Below, piece by piece: positions 1-11,981 of a stretch of DNA of 64,000 bases. The notes under the pieces are model-generated. The model saw only the letters and a list, made by a program, of their open reading frames with translations, was not told the origin of the DNA and searched no databases. Every line of letters begins with the position of its first letter. The stretch's first letter is position 1. This DNA comes from Octopus vulgaris. Taxonomy: Eukaryota. The stretch is taken from positions 41,912,001 to 41,976,000 of the forward strand of contig OX597828.1 in the NCBI GenBank assembly GCA_951406725.2, in the 5' to 3' direction. Made by a program: the position numbers and the translations under genes.

Positions 1-123
1 ACAAACACATATTTTTAAGCTTTCACACACATACATACACACGCGCTCGCCCCCCTACGCATACATACATATTCACACATACTCACACACACACCATTCT
101 TACGTACACACACGCGCTTCTGC

Positions 124-400
124 ACGGTAGTTCAACCGGGTCACTGTTATCTCCCCTTCACTCGGCCTCTTTCTTCCGGTGATTTCATCATGTTAAACCG
201 TCAATTCCGACAATCCTTTTCTCTCTCCGTTTCTCTCTCTCCCCTCTCCTTTTCTTTTTCCTTTCATCCCTTTCTGTCGAAGAGCCTAGGCTCGAAACGT
301 CAAAGAAAGACGTTTCCATTCTGTCCGAGCATCAAACTAATACACCTGCTTGTTGTTCCCGCACCTGTCTTTGTCTTCTGTTTTCTAAATCATAAATACA
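124..400 (+). mobile_element. Penelope-like element terminal (pLTR-type) fragment with hammerhead-like motif
   Basis: CTGTCGAAGAGCCTAGGCTCGAAACGTC at 274-301, then a pyrimidine-rich tail (actaatacacctgcttgttgttc...) ending at a (TA)n tract; related sequence on the minus strand at 61962-62075 and 5362-5566. Confidence 0.6.
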
Positions 401-429
401 TATTATGTATGTACATACTGATATATATG

Positions 430-509
<80 letters not shown>

Positions 510-605
510 ACATATATATATGTACGTATATATACATATATATAAATAGATATATATATGCATTTACGTACGTACATACATACATACATACATTATATAC
601 ACATA

Positions 606-645
<40 letters not shown>

Positions 646-686
646 CGTACATACATACATACATATATGTATATATATATATATAT

Positions 687-757
687 GAGCGTCAAATAAT
701 ACTTTAATTGTTCCACGTCCTCGCGTTGCTGTGTTTTTTTCTGTTTTCTTGTTTGGA

Positions 758-761
<4 letters not shown>
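687..761 (+). mobile_element. Short 3'-terminal fragment of a Penelope-like family inside (TA)n
   Basis: gagcgtcaaataatactttaattgttccacgtcctcgcgttgctgtg...cttgtttggattaa closely matches the reverse complement of 5362-5438; (TA)n on both sides. Confidence 0.6.
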
Positions 762-828
<67 letters not shown>

Positions 829-1929
829 GCGTGATGCATATATATATATTTATATATATATCCCATATATATATTTATATATATATCCCATCCCCTCAAG
901 CAAACACCAAAAACTGTGATCTAAACAACATTATCATAATGAACGCCAGGAGCTCAATTTTAGTCTATGACGATTTCGAATGGGTAAAATGGAAATAATC
1001 TTGACATCTTCATGGAGAACTATAATGGTGAAGAGGTAATCGATCTCGTGTGACTATTTGGGATGGAATCTTTCATTAATCATACGACTCCGGATTGTAT
1101 AGAGATGAGGGCTGACTAATGTAATGCAATATGAACAGTTAAATCAAGGAAATATTTAAAGAGGATTTTATAGGAATATTTAAGGTGTTTTGGCATAAAT
1201 ATAACCGTAAAAATTAATTTAACGAAAGCCAGCTTCCTATATATAACACTAGATTTAAATGCAAGCCGACACTATCTTTAAGGAAATGTAAACGCGGTGT
1301 CTATGTACATTCTACGAAAATTTACATCACTAATCTATCATTATGAAGCTTACAAATGGAATGAATAGAAAAGTCTCTGATGGATTTTCAGATAGGAACT
1401 CTTTAACGGGACCGCTTCTGCTCTGACGATATACTTTACAGAAGCGGTTTCTACGAGAAACTACACATGGTGAACGCGCCACCTATTGGCATCGAACTAG
1501 GAACAAAGAGCTGACCTGATTTAATCCACAATTTAATTCAGTCGCTACCACTCACATATCCAGAAACTTTTTAGTTTTTGTCGCTCTATACTTCTTATCG
1601 ATACACAAATACAATAAACTTTTTCAAGACACACAAGGTTAAGTTTAGTTATTTCCCTTTGAATAACATCATTTTTTGGATGAAACAATATAACCGAAAA
1701 CACAACCCCTCTAACACTAGATTAACTCTACTGAAGTTTCTATACCTTACTGCATAGGGATTTCTGTCTGTTATCGAGCATCTATAACATTCCTGAGCAG
1801 TATTGAAAGGAAACACAACGAGTGCTCAGCAAACACTTTCAATGTACGTTACTATTAGTACTGTTATTCACTTAGTTCAATGAATACGAAAAACTCCCCA
1901 TCTGAACGCCTGTCACTATGTAACCCAAG

Positions 1930-2100
1930 AAAGCGTCGCACAAAATGCTAAATGTTATGCTTCGACTCTTTATGTTCTCAGTTCAAATTTCATTTACACC
2001 GGTGTCAATAAAATAAAGTATCAGTTAAAGTAACAGGGGAAAAATATTGTATTTGTCTTATCCCATCCCCTCAAAATTACTATTATCGTATCTAAATCAT
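1930..2100 (+). mobile_element. Old degenerate copy of SINE family A
   Basis: caaaatgct...tgttctcagttcaaattt...gtcaataaaataaagtatcagtt...cccctcaaaatt follows family A motif order. Confidence 0.5.
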
Positions 2101-2149
2101 AAAAAAATATTAGAATCGATAAAAAATATTTAGAACATATTGATTTAAT

Positions 2150-2600
2150 GTTAAGATGCATCTCAAGCATGTACTGGGATGCATTATAACTGATGTCTCT
2201 AGGATATCAGGTGGTTTCGGGTCTTTCAACACCAGACCCACTTCACCTAGTTGACTCAACCAGGGTTGATCAAGACCCAGCTTCCTTTCCAGTAGTAACA
2301 AACCACTAGTCTGCTCTCTTTATCCAAAGCCACCTAGTGGCCTTCTCTGTAGTTTCAGCAATGAAATTTATAGCCTTTCAATTTGCTGCATCAGCAACTC
2401 TAGCAACAGTCAGAACTTCGCAGAATGAATGTCCATTCCCCTCTCTACCAAAAAACAACAACAACTACAAAAAACAGAAGACTTCTTCAACTGCCTTGCC
2501 ACGTGTCTGCGGGTCCCGATATCTGCTCTACTCTACCAGTTCCTGGTATTTGGTAACCTTCCTCTGGTGAGTCTCCGCTATGTGTTCCTCCCCAAACGAT
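2150..2600 (-). mobile_element. Hero-like (NeSL/R2 group, REL endonuclease) LINE: decayed C-terminus and 3' UTR
   Basis: Minus-strand translation EEHIAETHQRKVTKYQELVE* ... GHSFCEVLTVARVADAAN*KAINFIAETTEKATRWLWIKR, matching the Hero-type C-terminal pattern (WEE..EAHERK..KY.EL; EKASxWLWxxR); followed by a UTR with tgttgaaagacccgaaac. Confidence 0.75.
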
Positions 2601-2733
2601 TCTCTGCAGAGCAGAAAGAAACGACACCAGCTATATCAGTGTGGGAATAAAATTCCTTGTCTGTTGGTTGGTCGTTGACAAATTTAGAGCTAGTGATACC
2701 AACATGATGTTGGCATTTTCGTAAATGTTTATA

Positions 2734-2811
<78 letters not shown>

Positions 2812-2948
2812 GTCTTGAGATCTAAGTTATCAGTATATTATGGGTATGTGTATATGTAAGGGTATGTGTGTGTGTGTGAACGCGTGTGGGTAGTTCATTC
2901 TTACTCGGAGATTTACGTGTAATCGTTTAGACTCTGAATGTATGTGTG

Positions 2949-2995
<47 letters not shown>

Positions 2996-3127
2996 TGGGT
3001 GTGGTGTGTTGCATATATTGTATGTTTCCTTTGCTGATATGTCCATACTTTGCTGATGAACAAACAGCTTGGCCAGAATTTTCATCATTGCTTGGTTTAT
3101 TCATGGCTTGATAAAATACTCAGCGTG

Positions 3128-3182
<55 letters not shown>

Positions 3183-3845
3183 CACATATGCATATATATA
3201 TATATATATATACATAACATGTATATATATATATATATATAATATGTATATATATATACACATATGCATTTATATACATATACATATACATATATATATG
3301 TATACATATATGCATATATGTATATGTATACATATACATACATATACATATATATTTATATACACCTACTAATATGTATGTATACATATTATATATATAT
3401 ATATATATGTGTGTATATCTATATACATATATAATATATACATATACATATAAATTATATACATGTACATAGATGATATACACATCACACACATACACGC
3501 AACAATGATGTCTGTAAACCATAGATAAGAAAACAAATCCTCACCAAACACGAAAAGCAGATGGAAACATTAAAGGGCACAACAACAAGAAGAACAAGAA
3601 GAAGAAGAACAACAACAACAATAACAACAACAGCAACGGCAACAGCAGCAGCAGCAACAACAGCAACGATAGTAACAATAACAACTGAACAGAAAAAAAA
3701 AAGAAAAAACATATCAGAATGAATAGAAATATGATAAAATATGTGAAGGGAAGAAAAACAAAAGAAGAAAAATAATAATAATAAAAAAAAAGCCTCATCC
3801 TCCATTGCTATCAAAAGTGTTTATCAAAAGTTTGTTGAAGCTGTG

Positions 3846-3884
3846 CGTATCGTCATCACCAACATCATCAACATCACCCTCATT

Positions 3885-3929
<45 letters not shown>

Positions 3930-3984
3930 GTTGTCATCCTCCACTTCCTCCTCATCATCATGAACGATAACAACATCATCTTTG

Positions 3985-4032
<48 letters not shown>

Positions 4033-4379
4033 ACGTCATCGTCGTCATCATCATCATCATCATCATCAGCATCATCATCATCATCAACGTCATCGTCGTC
4101 ATCATCATCATCGTCATCATTATCAACACCGTTGTCGTCGTCATCACCCTCGTCATTATCATTGCATTATGATAGTCATGATCGTCGTTATCGTCGTCGT
4201 TATCATCATCATCGTCATCATCATCAACATCGTCATCGTCGTTGTCATCATCATTATCATCATCATCGTCATCATCATCAACATCGTCATCGTCGTTGTC
4301 ATCATCGTCATCATCATCAACATCATCATCATCATCATCATCAATATCGTCGTCGTCGTCGTCATCATCATCATCATCG

Positions 4380-4427
<48 letters not shown>

Positions 4428-4590
4428 ACATCGTCGTCGTCATCAACATCATTATCATCAACATCGGAAGCTGTAATATTGTCACCTTACCGTTGCTGTT
4501 GCTGCTGTTGACGTTGTCATTGTTGTCGTTGTTGATGATGATGATGAAGATGATGATGATTATGATGATGATGATGGTGATGTATCATCG
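3846..4590. repeat. (CAT)n/(CGT)n imperfect trinucleotide microsatellite
   Basis: Direct reading. Confidence 0.95.
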
Positions 4591-4756
4591 AGCAAAACTA
4601 TGAGATGAAAAACAAGATATCGATAAATATAATTTTGCAAAAAAAAAGGAAATATATGGAAAATGTCCTAGTCTTATCCGTGTGTGAGAAAGTGCGTGTG
4701 TGCTTGCGTGATTGCGTGCGTGTGTATGTTGTGTGTGTGTACGTGTGTGTGGGTGT

Positions 4757-4787
<31 letters not shown>

Positions 4788-5094
4788 CATGCGTGTGTGC
4801 ATGTGTGTCAGTGTGTGTGTGCAATACAAATTATAGATTATGTGCTGTTAGTTACTCTGAGTTTCATGTCCTGATGATCCCTCATCAAACCCTATATAAT
4901 TCACTTAATGGAATGACCTCTTAGTTAAATGCAGCGGATTTACGTCAACGAACCAGGTCCTGACCAACTCGAATTACGTTGCGGGCCACTTCAATCACAG
5001 AAAGTCTTTTGAGGGCCGCTTGCATACTTTCTGCACTAATAGTCAAATAATCAGATTACAGAATCAATAATTTTTCATACTTTTTATTTATTCT

Positions 5095-5680
5095 TTTATT
5101 TTTTTCTTTGTTTCGGTCATTTGACTACGGCCATGCTGGAGCACCACCTTTAGTCGAGCAAATCGATCCCAGAACTTATCCTTTTGTAAGTCTAATACTT
5201 ATTCTATCGGTCTCTTTTGTCGAATCGCTAAGTTACGGGGACGTAAACACACCAGCATCGCTTCTCACGCGATGGTGGGGGACAAACACACACACAAACC
5301 TACACACAAACACACGCACACACACACACACATACACACACACACATATATATATATATATAGTTAATCCAAACAAGAAAGCACAAAAAAACACAACAAC
5401 GCAAGGACGTGGAACAAATATAGTATTATTGGACGCTCAGGAAAGAAGGAAAGAAGGAGGGTTTAACGTTTCGAGAGGAGCTCTTCGTCGGAAACATAGG
5501 AGAAGGAAAGATCCAGAGAAGGGAAGACAGAGGAAAAAAAATCGCTAACGGTACACACGAGGTCATACGACGAGCTTCTTTCAGTTTCCGTCTACCAAAT
5601 CCACTCACAAGGCATTGGTTGGTCCGAGGTTATAGAAGAAGGCACCTGCCCAAGGTGCCATGCAGTGGGACTTAACCCAG
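5095..5680 (-). mobile_element. SINE family B copy with a nested Penelope-like fragment in its internal microsatellite
   Basis: 3' half (ggccatgctggagcaccacc...aagttacggggacgtaaacacaccagcatcg) 5095-5290; (CA)n(TA)n; insert 5362-5566; 5' half (acgagcttctttcagtttccgtctaccaaatccactcacaagg...) 5568-5680. Confidence 0.85.
5362..5566 (-). mobile_element. Penelope-like terminal fragment with hammerhead-like motif
   Basis: Minus strand GTTT-CCGACGA-A-GAGCTCCTCTC-GAAAC-GTT-AAAC; tail shared with 687-761. Confidence 0.6.
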
Positions 5681-5754
5681 GGAGATAACTTCCTGTGTAC
5701 AAAACCCATACATCTCAGAAAATCACACACAGCATTTTAGAAATTTGAAAGAGT

Positions 5755-5792
5755 AAATCGTCGCTTTGATGGCATGCACTGCTTTCTCACTC

Positions 5793-5867
<75 letters not shown>

Positions 5868-5868
5868 T
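5755..5868 (+). mobile_element. LINE-like 3' end with (TAA)n tail (possibly R4/Dong-type)
   Basis: gtcgctttgatggcatgcactgctttctcactc followed by (AAT)n; same terminus at 9358-9396. Confidence 0.5.
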
Positions 5869-5869
5869 C

Positions 5870-6081
5870 AATCTATTATAGCCACAAGGACCGAAGTTTT
5901 GTGGGAAGGGACTAGTCGATTACATCGACCAAGTGTTTCACTGGTACTTAATTTATCGACCCCTGAAAGTATGAAAGGCAAAGTCGACCTCGGCGGAATT
6001 TGAACTCAGAACGTAACGGGTGACGAAATACGGCTATGTATTTTGCCCGGCGTGCTAACGTTTCTGCCACTTCGCCGCCTT
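5870..6081 (-). mobile_element. SINE family A (tRNA-derived)
   Basis: Head aaggcggcga..tggcagaaacgttag (Pol III box A-like), gagttcaaattcc (box B), body gactttgcctttcat...gtcgataaattaagtaccag. Confidence 0.9.
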
Positions 6082-6514
6082 AACAACAACAACAACAACA
6101 AACACATCATCAACAACAACAACAACAACAACAATAGCAGCAACAATAATAAAGTGTTAATAATATTGGCATAATGACTATCGAGACACAACAAAATTTG
6201 TTTCAATACACGGATTCACATAAAGAATCATGCAAAACACAAACAAAAATGAAGTCGACGTATTATATAGCGTAAACATTCAAACATCGTCACTGTCTTT
6301 CCAAACCCTGCTGCATTTCAAATAGAATGTTTGGTTCTCCATAATTTTTTTCATCTATAAGTCGACATACGTATTTTGCTTATTTTTTTCTTGTAGTAAA
6401 CATTGATCTGAAAATTTCGACTTGTATGCCGGAAAATACGGCATTGATTTGTTACTCTTATTGATACTCCGAGTTTCTTGAGTGAGTGTGCATGCTGGTA
6501 TTTCTTGCCGTAAA

Positions 6515-6516
<2 letters not shown>

Positions 6517-6563
<47 letters not shown>

Positions 6564-6568
6564 CTCTC

Positions 6569-6599
<31 letters not shown>

Positions 6600-6610
6600 G
6601 TCTGTCTGTA

Positions 6611-6687
<77 letters not shown>

Positions 6688-6732
6688 GTCTGTCTGTATG
6701 TCTATCTATCTATATATCTGTCTGTCTGTCTA

Positions 6733-6767
<35 letters not shown>

Positions 6768-6872
6768 TTCTGTGTGTCCATCCGTCCGTCAGTCCATCTG
6801 TCTGTCTGTCTGTGTGTTTGTTCATCCATCCATACATCCATCTATCTATCTATCTTTCTCTTTATTTGTGTG

Positions 6873-6915
<43 letters not shown>

Positions 6916-6946
6916 ATATCTGTCTGTCTGTCTGTCTGTCTGTCTA

Positions 6947-6979
<33 letters not shown>

Positions 6980-7030
6980 TTGTCTGTCTGTTTGTCTATT
7001 TGTCTGTCTATCTGTCAGTCTCTCTCTATC

Positions 7031-7061
<31 letters not shown>

Positions 7062-7127
7062 ATCTATCTATCTATCCATCTATCTATCTATTTATCTATC
7101 TGTCTGTCTGTCTGTCTGCCTGTCTGC

Positions 7128-7189
<62 letters not shown>

Positions 7190-7211
7190 GTTTGTCTGTT
7201 TGTCTGTCTGC

Positions 7212-7242
<31 letters not shown>

Positions 7243-7250
7243 TCTATCTA
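6517..7250. repeat. (CT)n + (ATCT)n/(GTCT)n compound microsatellite
   Basis: Direct reading. Confidence 0.95.
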
Positions 7251-8447
7251 TACACATTTATGCGTATGTATGTAGAAATTATGCAATGCATCTGTTATAT
7301 ACATGTTCTCATGTGGAGCTACGGCACGCTCGCACATCACACGTGCACTCACATATATACTGGCACGTAAACACACACACGCATACACACAAACACATAC
7401 ACTTACACACATTCACACATACAGTTACACAAACGTGTATATATGTACACACCAACACACATACATAAGCATTATAAGCATAGCTGTATAATCATATTGA
7501 TTTCTCTTGACTAACTGCAAGGCAACTTTTACACACACACACACACACATACACATCCACACGCACACACACACAGACACACACACACACACACAAGTAC
7601 ACACACACACACACTCACACACACACTTGAATTTGTATAAAATCTATATAGATCCTCACACATGTGTGTATGTATATATACATATATATAGAGAGAGAGA
7701 GTGATTGAGAGAGAGAGAGAGTGAGTGAGAGAGAGAGTGAGTGAGTGAAAGAGAGGGAGGGGGAGAAAGGAGTGCAGAAAGAGAGAGGGAAAGAAAGAAA
7801 GGAAAAGAAAAAGATAAAGAGAGAAGGGGAGATTATACTGACACGCACACACACACAAACACATACTCACACACACGCACGCACACACGTACACACACAC
7901 ATACACACATACACACACACACACGTACACACACACATACACACACACACGCATACACACATACACACACACACACGTACACACACACACACACACACAC
8001 ATACACACACACACACGCACACACACAACACACACACAAAGTCAATCATTCAGTTATTTTGAATCACGTCCCGAAATCTTAGCATAAAGCATGAACTTGT
8101 CTAATATAATGGAGGGTATATAACATCTGTTGACAAACTGGTGTGTTTGTGTATTAAACGTGTATATATATATACGTCTGTGTAGAGGGTGAGTGTGTAG
8201 CAGAGGAGATAAAGATCTCTTTTTATGAATATGACCTGGACCTAGTCAGCATCGACCAAACAGATGGTAGGATTTCTGAAATATTTTGAGTTTTTATACA
8301 ATTTTCTTTTCTCTGTGTTTCGGTTGTAGTTTTTTCATTTATTATTATTATCATTATTATAATTGGGGGCGGTGTTATTGTTATTGTATTGTATATTTCT
8401 AGATCTGCCCTGATAAAGGCTGTCCAGCCATGACAAACCGTATTTAC

Positions 8448-8519
<72 letters not shown>

Positions 8520-8609
8520 GAGCAAAAATGCTTACCTCTTCTCCCGAAATTGCTGGCGTTGTGCCAAAATTTGAAACTATTATTACTATTAATAATAATA
8601 ATAATAATA

Positions 8610-9007
8610 ATCGTTTCCAATTTTGCCACAAGGGCAGCAATTTTAGGGTAGGGGATGAGCCGATTACATCGACCCCAGTGTTCAACTGGTATTTATTTTA
8701 TCGACCTCGAAGGATAAAAGGAAAATCGACCTCGGCGCAATTTGAACTCAGAACGTAAAGACGGACGTAATACCTATTTCTTTACTACCTACAAGGGGCT
8801 AAACACAGAGAAGACAAACAAGGACAGACAAATAGATTAAGTCGATTATATCGACCCCAGTGTGTAACTGGTACTTAATTAATCGACCCAGAAAGGATGA
8901 AAGGCAAAGTCGACCTCGGCGGAATTTGAACTGAGAACGTAACGGCAGACGAAATACCGCTAAGCATTTCGCCCGTCGTGCTAACGTTTCTACCAGCTCG
9001 CCGCTTT
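8610..9007 (-). mobile_element. SINE family A, dimeric copy
   Basis: Two box B/body units joined at aatac|ctatttcttt (~8772). Confidence 0.9.
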
Positions 9008-9046
9008 AATAATAACAGTAGCAGCAGCAGCAGCAGCAACAACAAC

Positions 9047-9080
<34 letters not shown>

Positions 9081-9085
9081 ACAGC

Positions 9086-9190
<105 letters not shown>

Positions 9191-9196
9191 CTCAAC

Positions 9197-9397
9197 CTGA
9201 AAAATTCTAACTGGGTCTCATCTGCAAGGTCATGTGTTGTTTATCTTGATATGAGATCACCATGTTGCACACATATGGTTGTGATGCATATGCCTGGTGT
9301 ACTCTTATCAGACGGGTAGTCATGATGGGTATATTGGGCTTTATATATTATACTCCAGTGTCACTTTGATGGCATGCACTGTTCTCTCACTCAATAA
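9197..9397 (+). mobile_element. 5'-truncated LINE-like 3' end adjoining (AAT)n
   Basis: Ends gtcactttgatggcatgcactgttctctcactcaataa as at 5760-5800; preceded by a long (AAT)n tract. Confidence 0.5.
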
Positions 9398-9399
9398 CA

Positions 9400-9825
9400 A
9401 ACCTTTCTACTGGAAGCACAAGGCCTCACATTTTGGAGGAAGCGATTAAGTCGATTACATCGACCCCAGTGCGTAGCTGGTACTAATTTAATCGACAAAA
9501 GACAAAGTCGACCTCTACGGAATTTGAACTCAGAACGTAACAGCAGACGAAATGCCGCTAAGCATTTCGCTCGGCGTGCTAACGTTTCTTATTTCTTTAT
9601 TGCCCACAACAAGGGGCTAAACATAGAGGGGACAAACAAGGACAGACAAAGGAGTTAAGTCGATTACATCGACCCCAGTGCGTAACTGGTACTTAATTTA
9701 TCGACACCGAAAGGATGAAAGGCAAAGTCGACCACGGCGGAATTTGAACTCAGAACGTAGCGGCAGACGAAATACGGCTACACATTTCGCCCGGCGTGCT
9801 AACGGTTCTGCCAGCTCGCCGCCTT
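9400..9825 (-). mobile_element. SINE family A, dimeric copy
   Basis: Two body units; head ends ...ccagctcgccgcctt at ~9825. Confidence 0.9.
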
Positions 9826-9957
9826 TTTCTCACTCCATAATATAATAAAATATAACAATATAGATTCATAATAGCCAAACTATTGATATCAGCGTCCAAT
9901 ACTGTCATATTTTCAAAGCTTGTTTTTTAACTGCCTTGTCTGTTTATGGTTTGCAGC

Positions 9958-10162
9958 AAGGCGGCGAGCTGGCAGAAACGTTAGTACGCCGGGCGAAATA
10001 CGTAGCCGTATTTCGTCTGTCGTTACGTTCTGAGTTCAAATTCCGCCGAGGTCGACTTTGCCTTTCATCATTTCGGGGTCGATAAATTAAGTACCAGTTA
10101 CGCACTGGGGTCGATGTAATCGACTTAATCTGTTTGTCCTTGTTTGTAGTAAAGAAATAGGT
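9958..10162 (+). mobile_element. SINE family A
   Basis: aaggcggcgagctggcagaaacgttag...gagttcaaattccgccgaggtcgac...agtaaagaaatagg. Confidence 0.9.
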
Positions 10163-10164
10163 TT

Positions 10165-11175
10165 GTAGCTAGGAAGCAAAGAAACACGTCTCATTTATCT
10201 TGTTCTCAAAATTTCTGGGCATAAACCATTCGACTGTTGTACCTTACCCCAGTCCCTGCTTACTTTCTCGATTCCTGTGGAAGGGACGCGTTCTTTTGGT
10301 CAGATGTTCCTTTTATTGCCACAGCATCTGGAAAGTAGGTTCGGTATGTCGTGACTCTTCATGTGCAAATATATACTGAGGCCGCATCACTTGTAAAGCT
10401 TCGTGGACGGTGACATGCAGTTTTCGTTTGTTTAGACACGTTTTTTCCGCAACTTATCTCTTTGATGGAAAAGCAGTCTTAAGCGATGTAAAGACTAATG
10501 TTTTATTTCTTTACTACCCAAAAGGGGCTAAACACAGAGGGGACAGACAAACGGATTAAGTCGATTATATCGACCCCAGTGCGTAACTGGTACTTAATTT
10601 ATCGACCCCGAAAGGATGAAAGGCAAAGTCGACCTCGGCGGAATTTGAACTCGGAACGTAACGGCAGACGAAATACGGCTACGCATTTCGCCCGGCGTGC
10701 TAACGTTTCTGCCAGCTCGCCGCCTTAAAGACTAATATTGTGTACCTAGAACTTGGAATACTGTCAAGCAGTCACCCACTGTCAGTCGAGCAATGCACTC
10801 GATGGAATTTCTATGGTAACGACACATAGAGATCTGATGGTGGGTAAGAACGATGACGCTCTCGGGGAAACACTGGGCGTGGACGGGGATGAACTCGCTG
10901 ATCTGTTCGGAGCCAGGGATAACTATTGACAGCATCCAGAAATCCCTGCACTGACAGTGCTACCGAGGGACGCTACCATTTCGAGATAGACTCTACGAGC
11001 ATGGATAGATTGTCCAGATGTGCGCAAAGCGACGAAACCGTACTTCACGCACTTGTGCAGTGTCCGAGCATCACTGATTCGTAGAGCTATGCTGAATGGC
11101 AGTTTTCGGATGCAGAAAAAAATCCGGTTATCGGCCGAGTCGGTGCTGAGGATCGTCCTATCACCTGCTTTTACT
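10165..11175 (+). mobile_element. L1/Tx1-like LINE ORF2 C-terminal fragment (decayed), interrupted by a SINE
   Basis: LSRFLWKGRVLLVR from 10263; *QCYRGTLPFRDRLYEHG from ~10952; RCAQSDETVLHALVQCP at ~11016-11067 (zf-RVT-type CxxC..ET..H....C finger, frameshifted). Confidence 0.75.
10503..10725 (-). mobile_element. SINE family A monomer with 14-bp target-site duplication
   Basis: Flanks taaagactaatgtt (10489-10502) and taaagactaatatt (10726-10739), one mismatch. Confidence 0.92.
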
Positions 11176-11261
11176 AACCATTTACTAAAATATTAGGTTG
11201 TCAAGAAAGTTCTTGCCGTTTTTAACCTTTAAATTCAGGTGCACATATCTCGGCTCAAACA

Positions 11262-11295
<34 letters not shown>

Positions 11296-11458
11296 CATGC
11301 ATGTATACATATATGTATATATATATAAATATATATATATACATATATATATAGATAGATATATATATGTATATATATATACACACATATTTATGTGTGT
11401 GTGTGAATATATATATTATGTTTTCAGGATTAAATATAAAGACAACAAACGGAAAATA

Positions 11459-11529
<71 letters not shown>

Positions 11530-11909
11530 TGTATGTATTTATGTATCTATATATGTATGTATATATATTTGTTTACATATATGTATACATATATAGGCAC
11601 GCAATCTTACATATATATATATATGTATGATTGCATATATTATCGTATAAGTATGTATATATTATATATTCATTTATTAGTTTAAACGTAGAAGAATGCG
11701 TCTGATCCTCTTTAAATAGCATGATCATATATATATATATATACACACACAAACACATATTATATATAAACTGCTGTATATGTAAGTATGCGTACGTATA
11801 TGCATGTGAGCAAGTGTGTGCAATATAAGTGTGCGCACAGACGCGTATGGATCCATTTCTTTCTACCTACTTATATCGTAAGAATACATAATCATTTCTT
11901 CGTTTGCAT

Positions 11910-11981
<72 letters not shown>

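Noticed and set aside
884-2073. Shared 16-mer tatcccatcccctcaa at ~884 and ~2058 as a possible TSD or LTR
   Set aside because: The second copy lies within a degenerate SINE A tail, and the enclosed sequence shows no element hallmarks.
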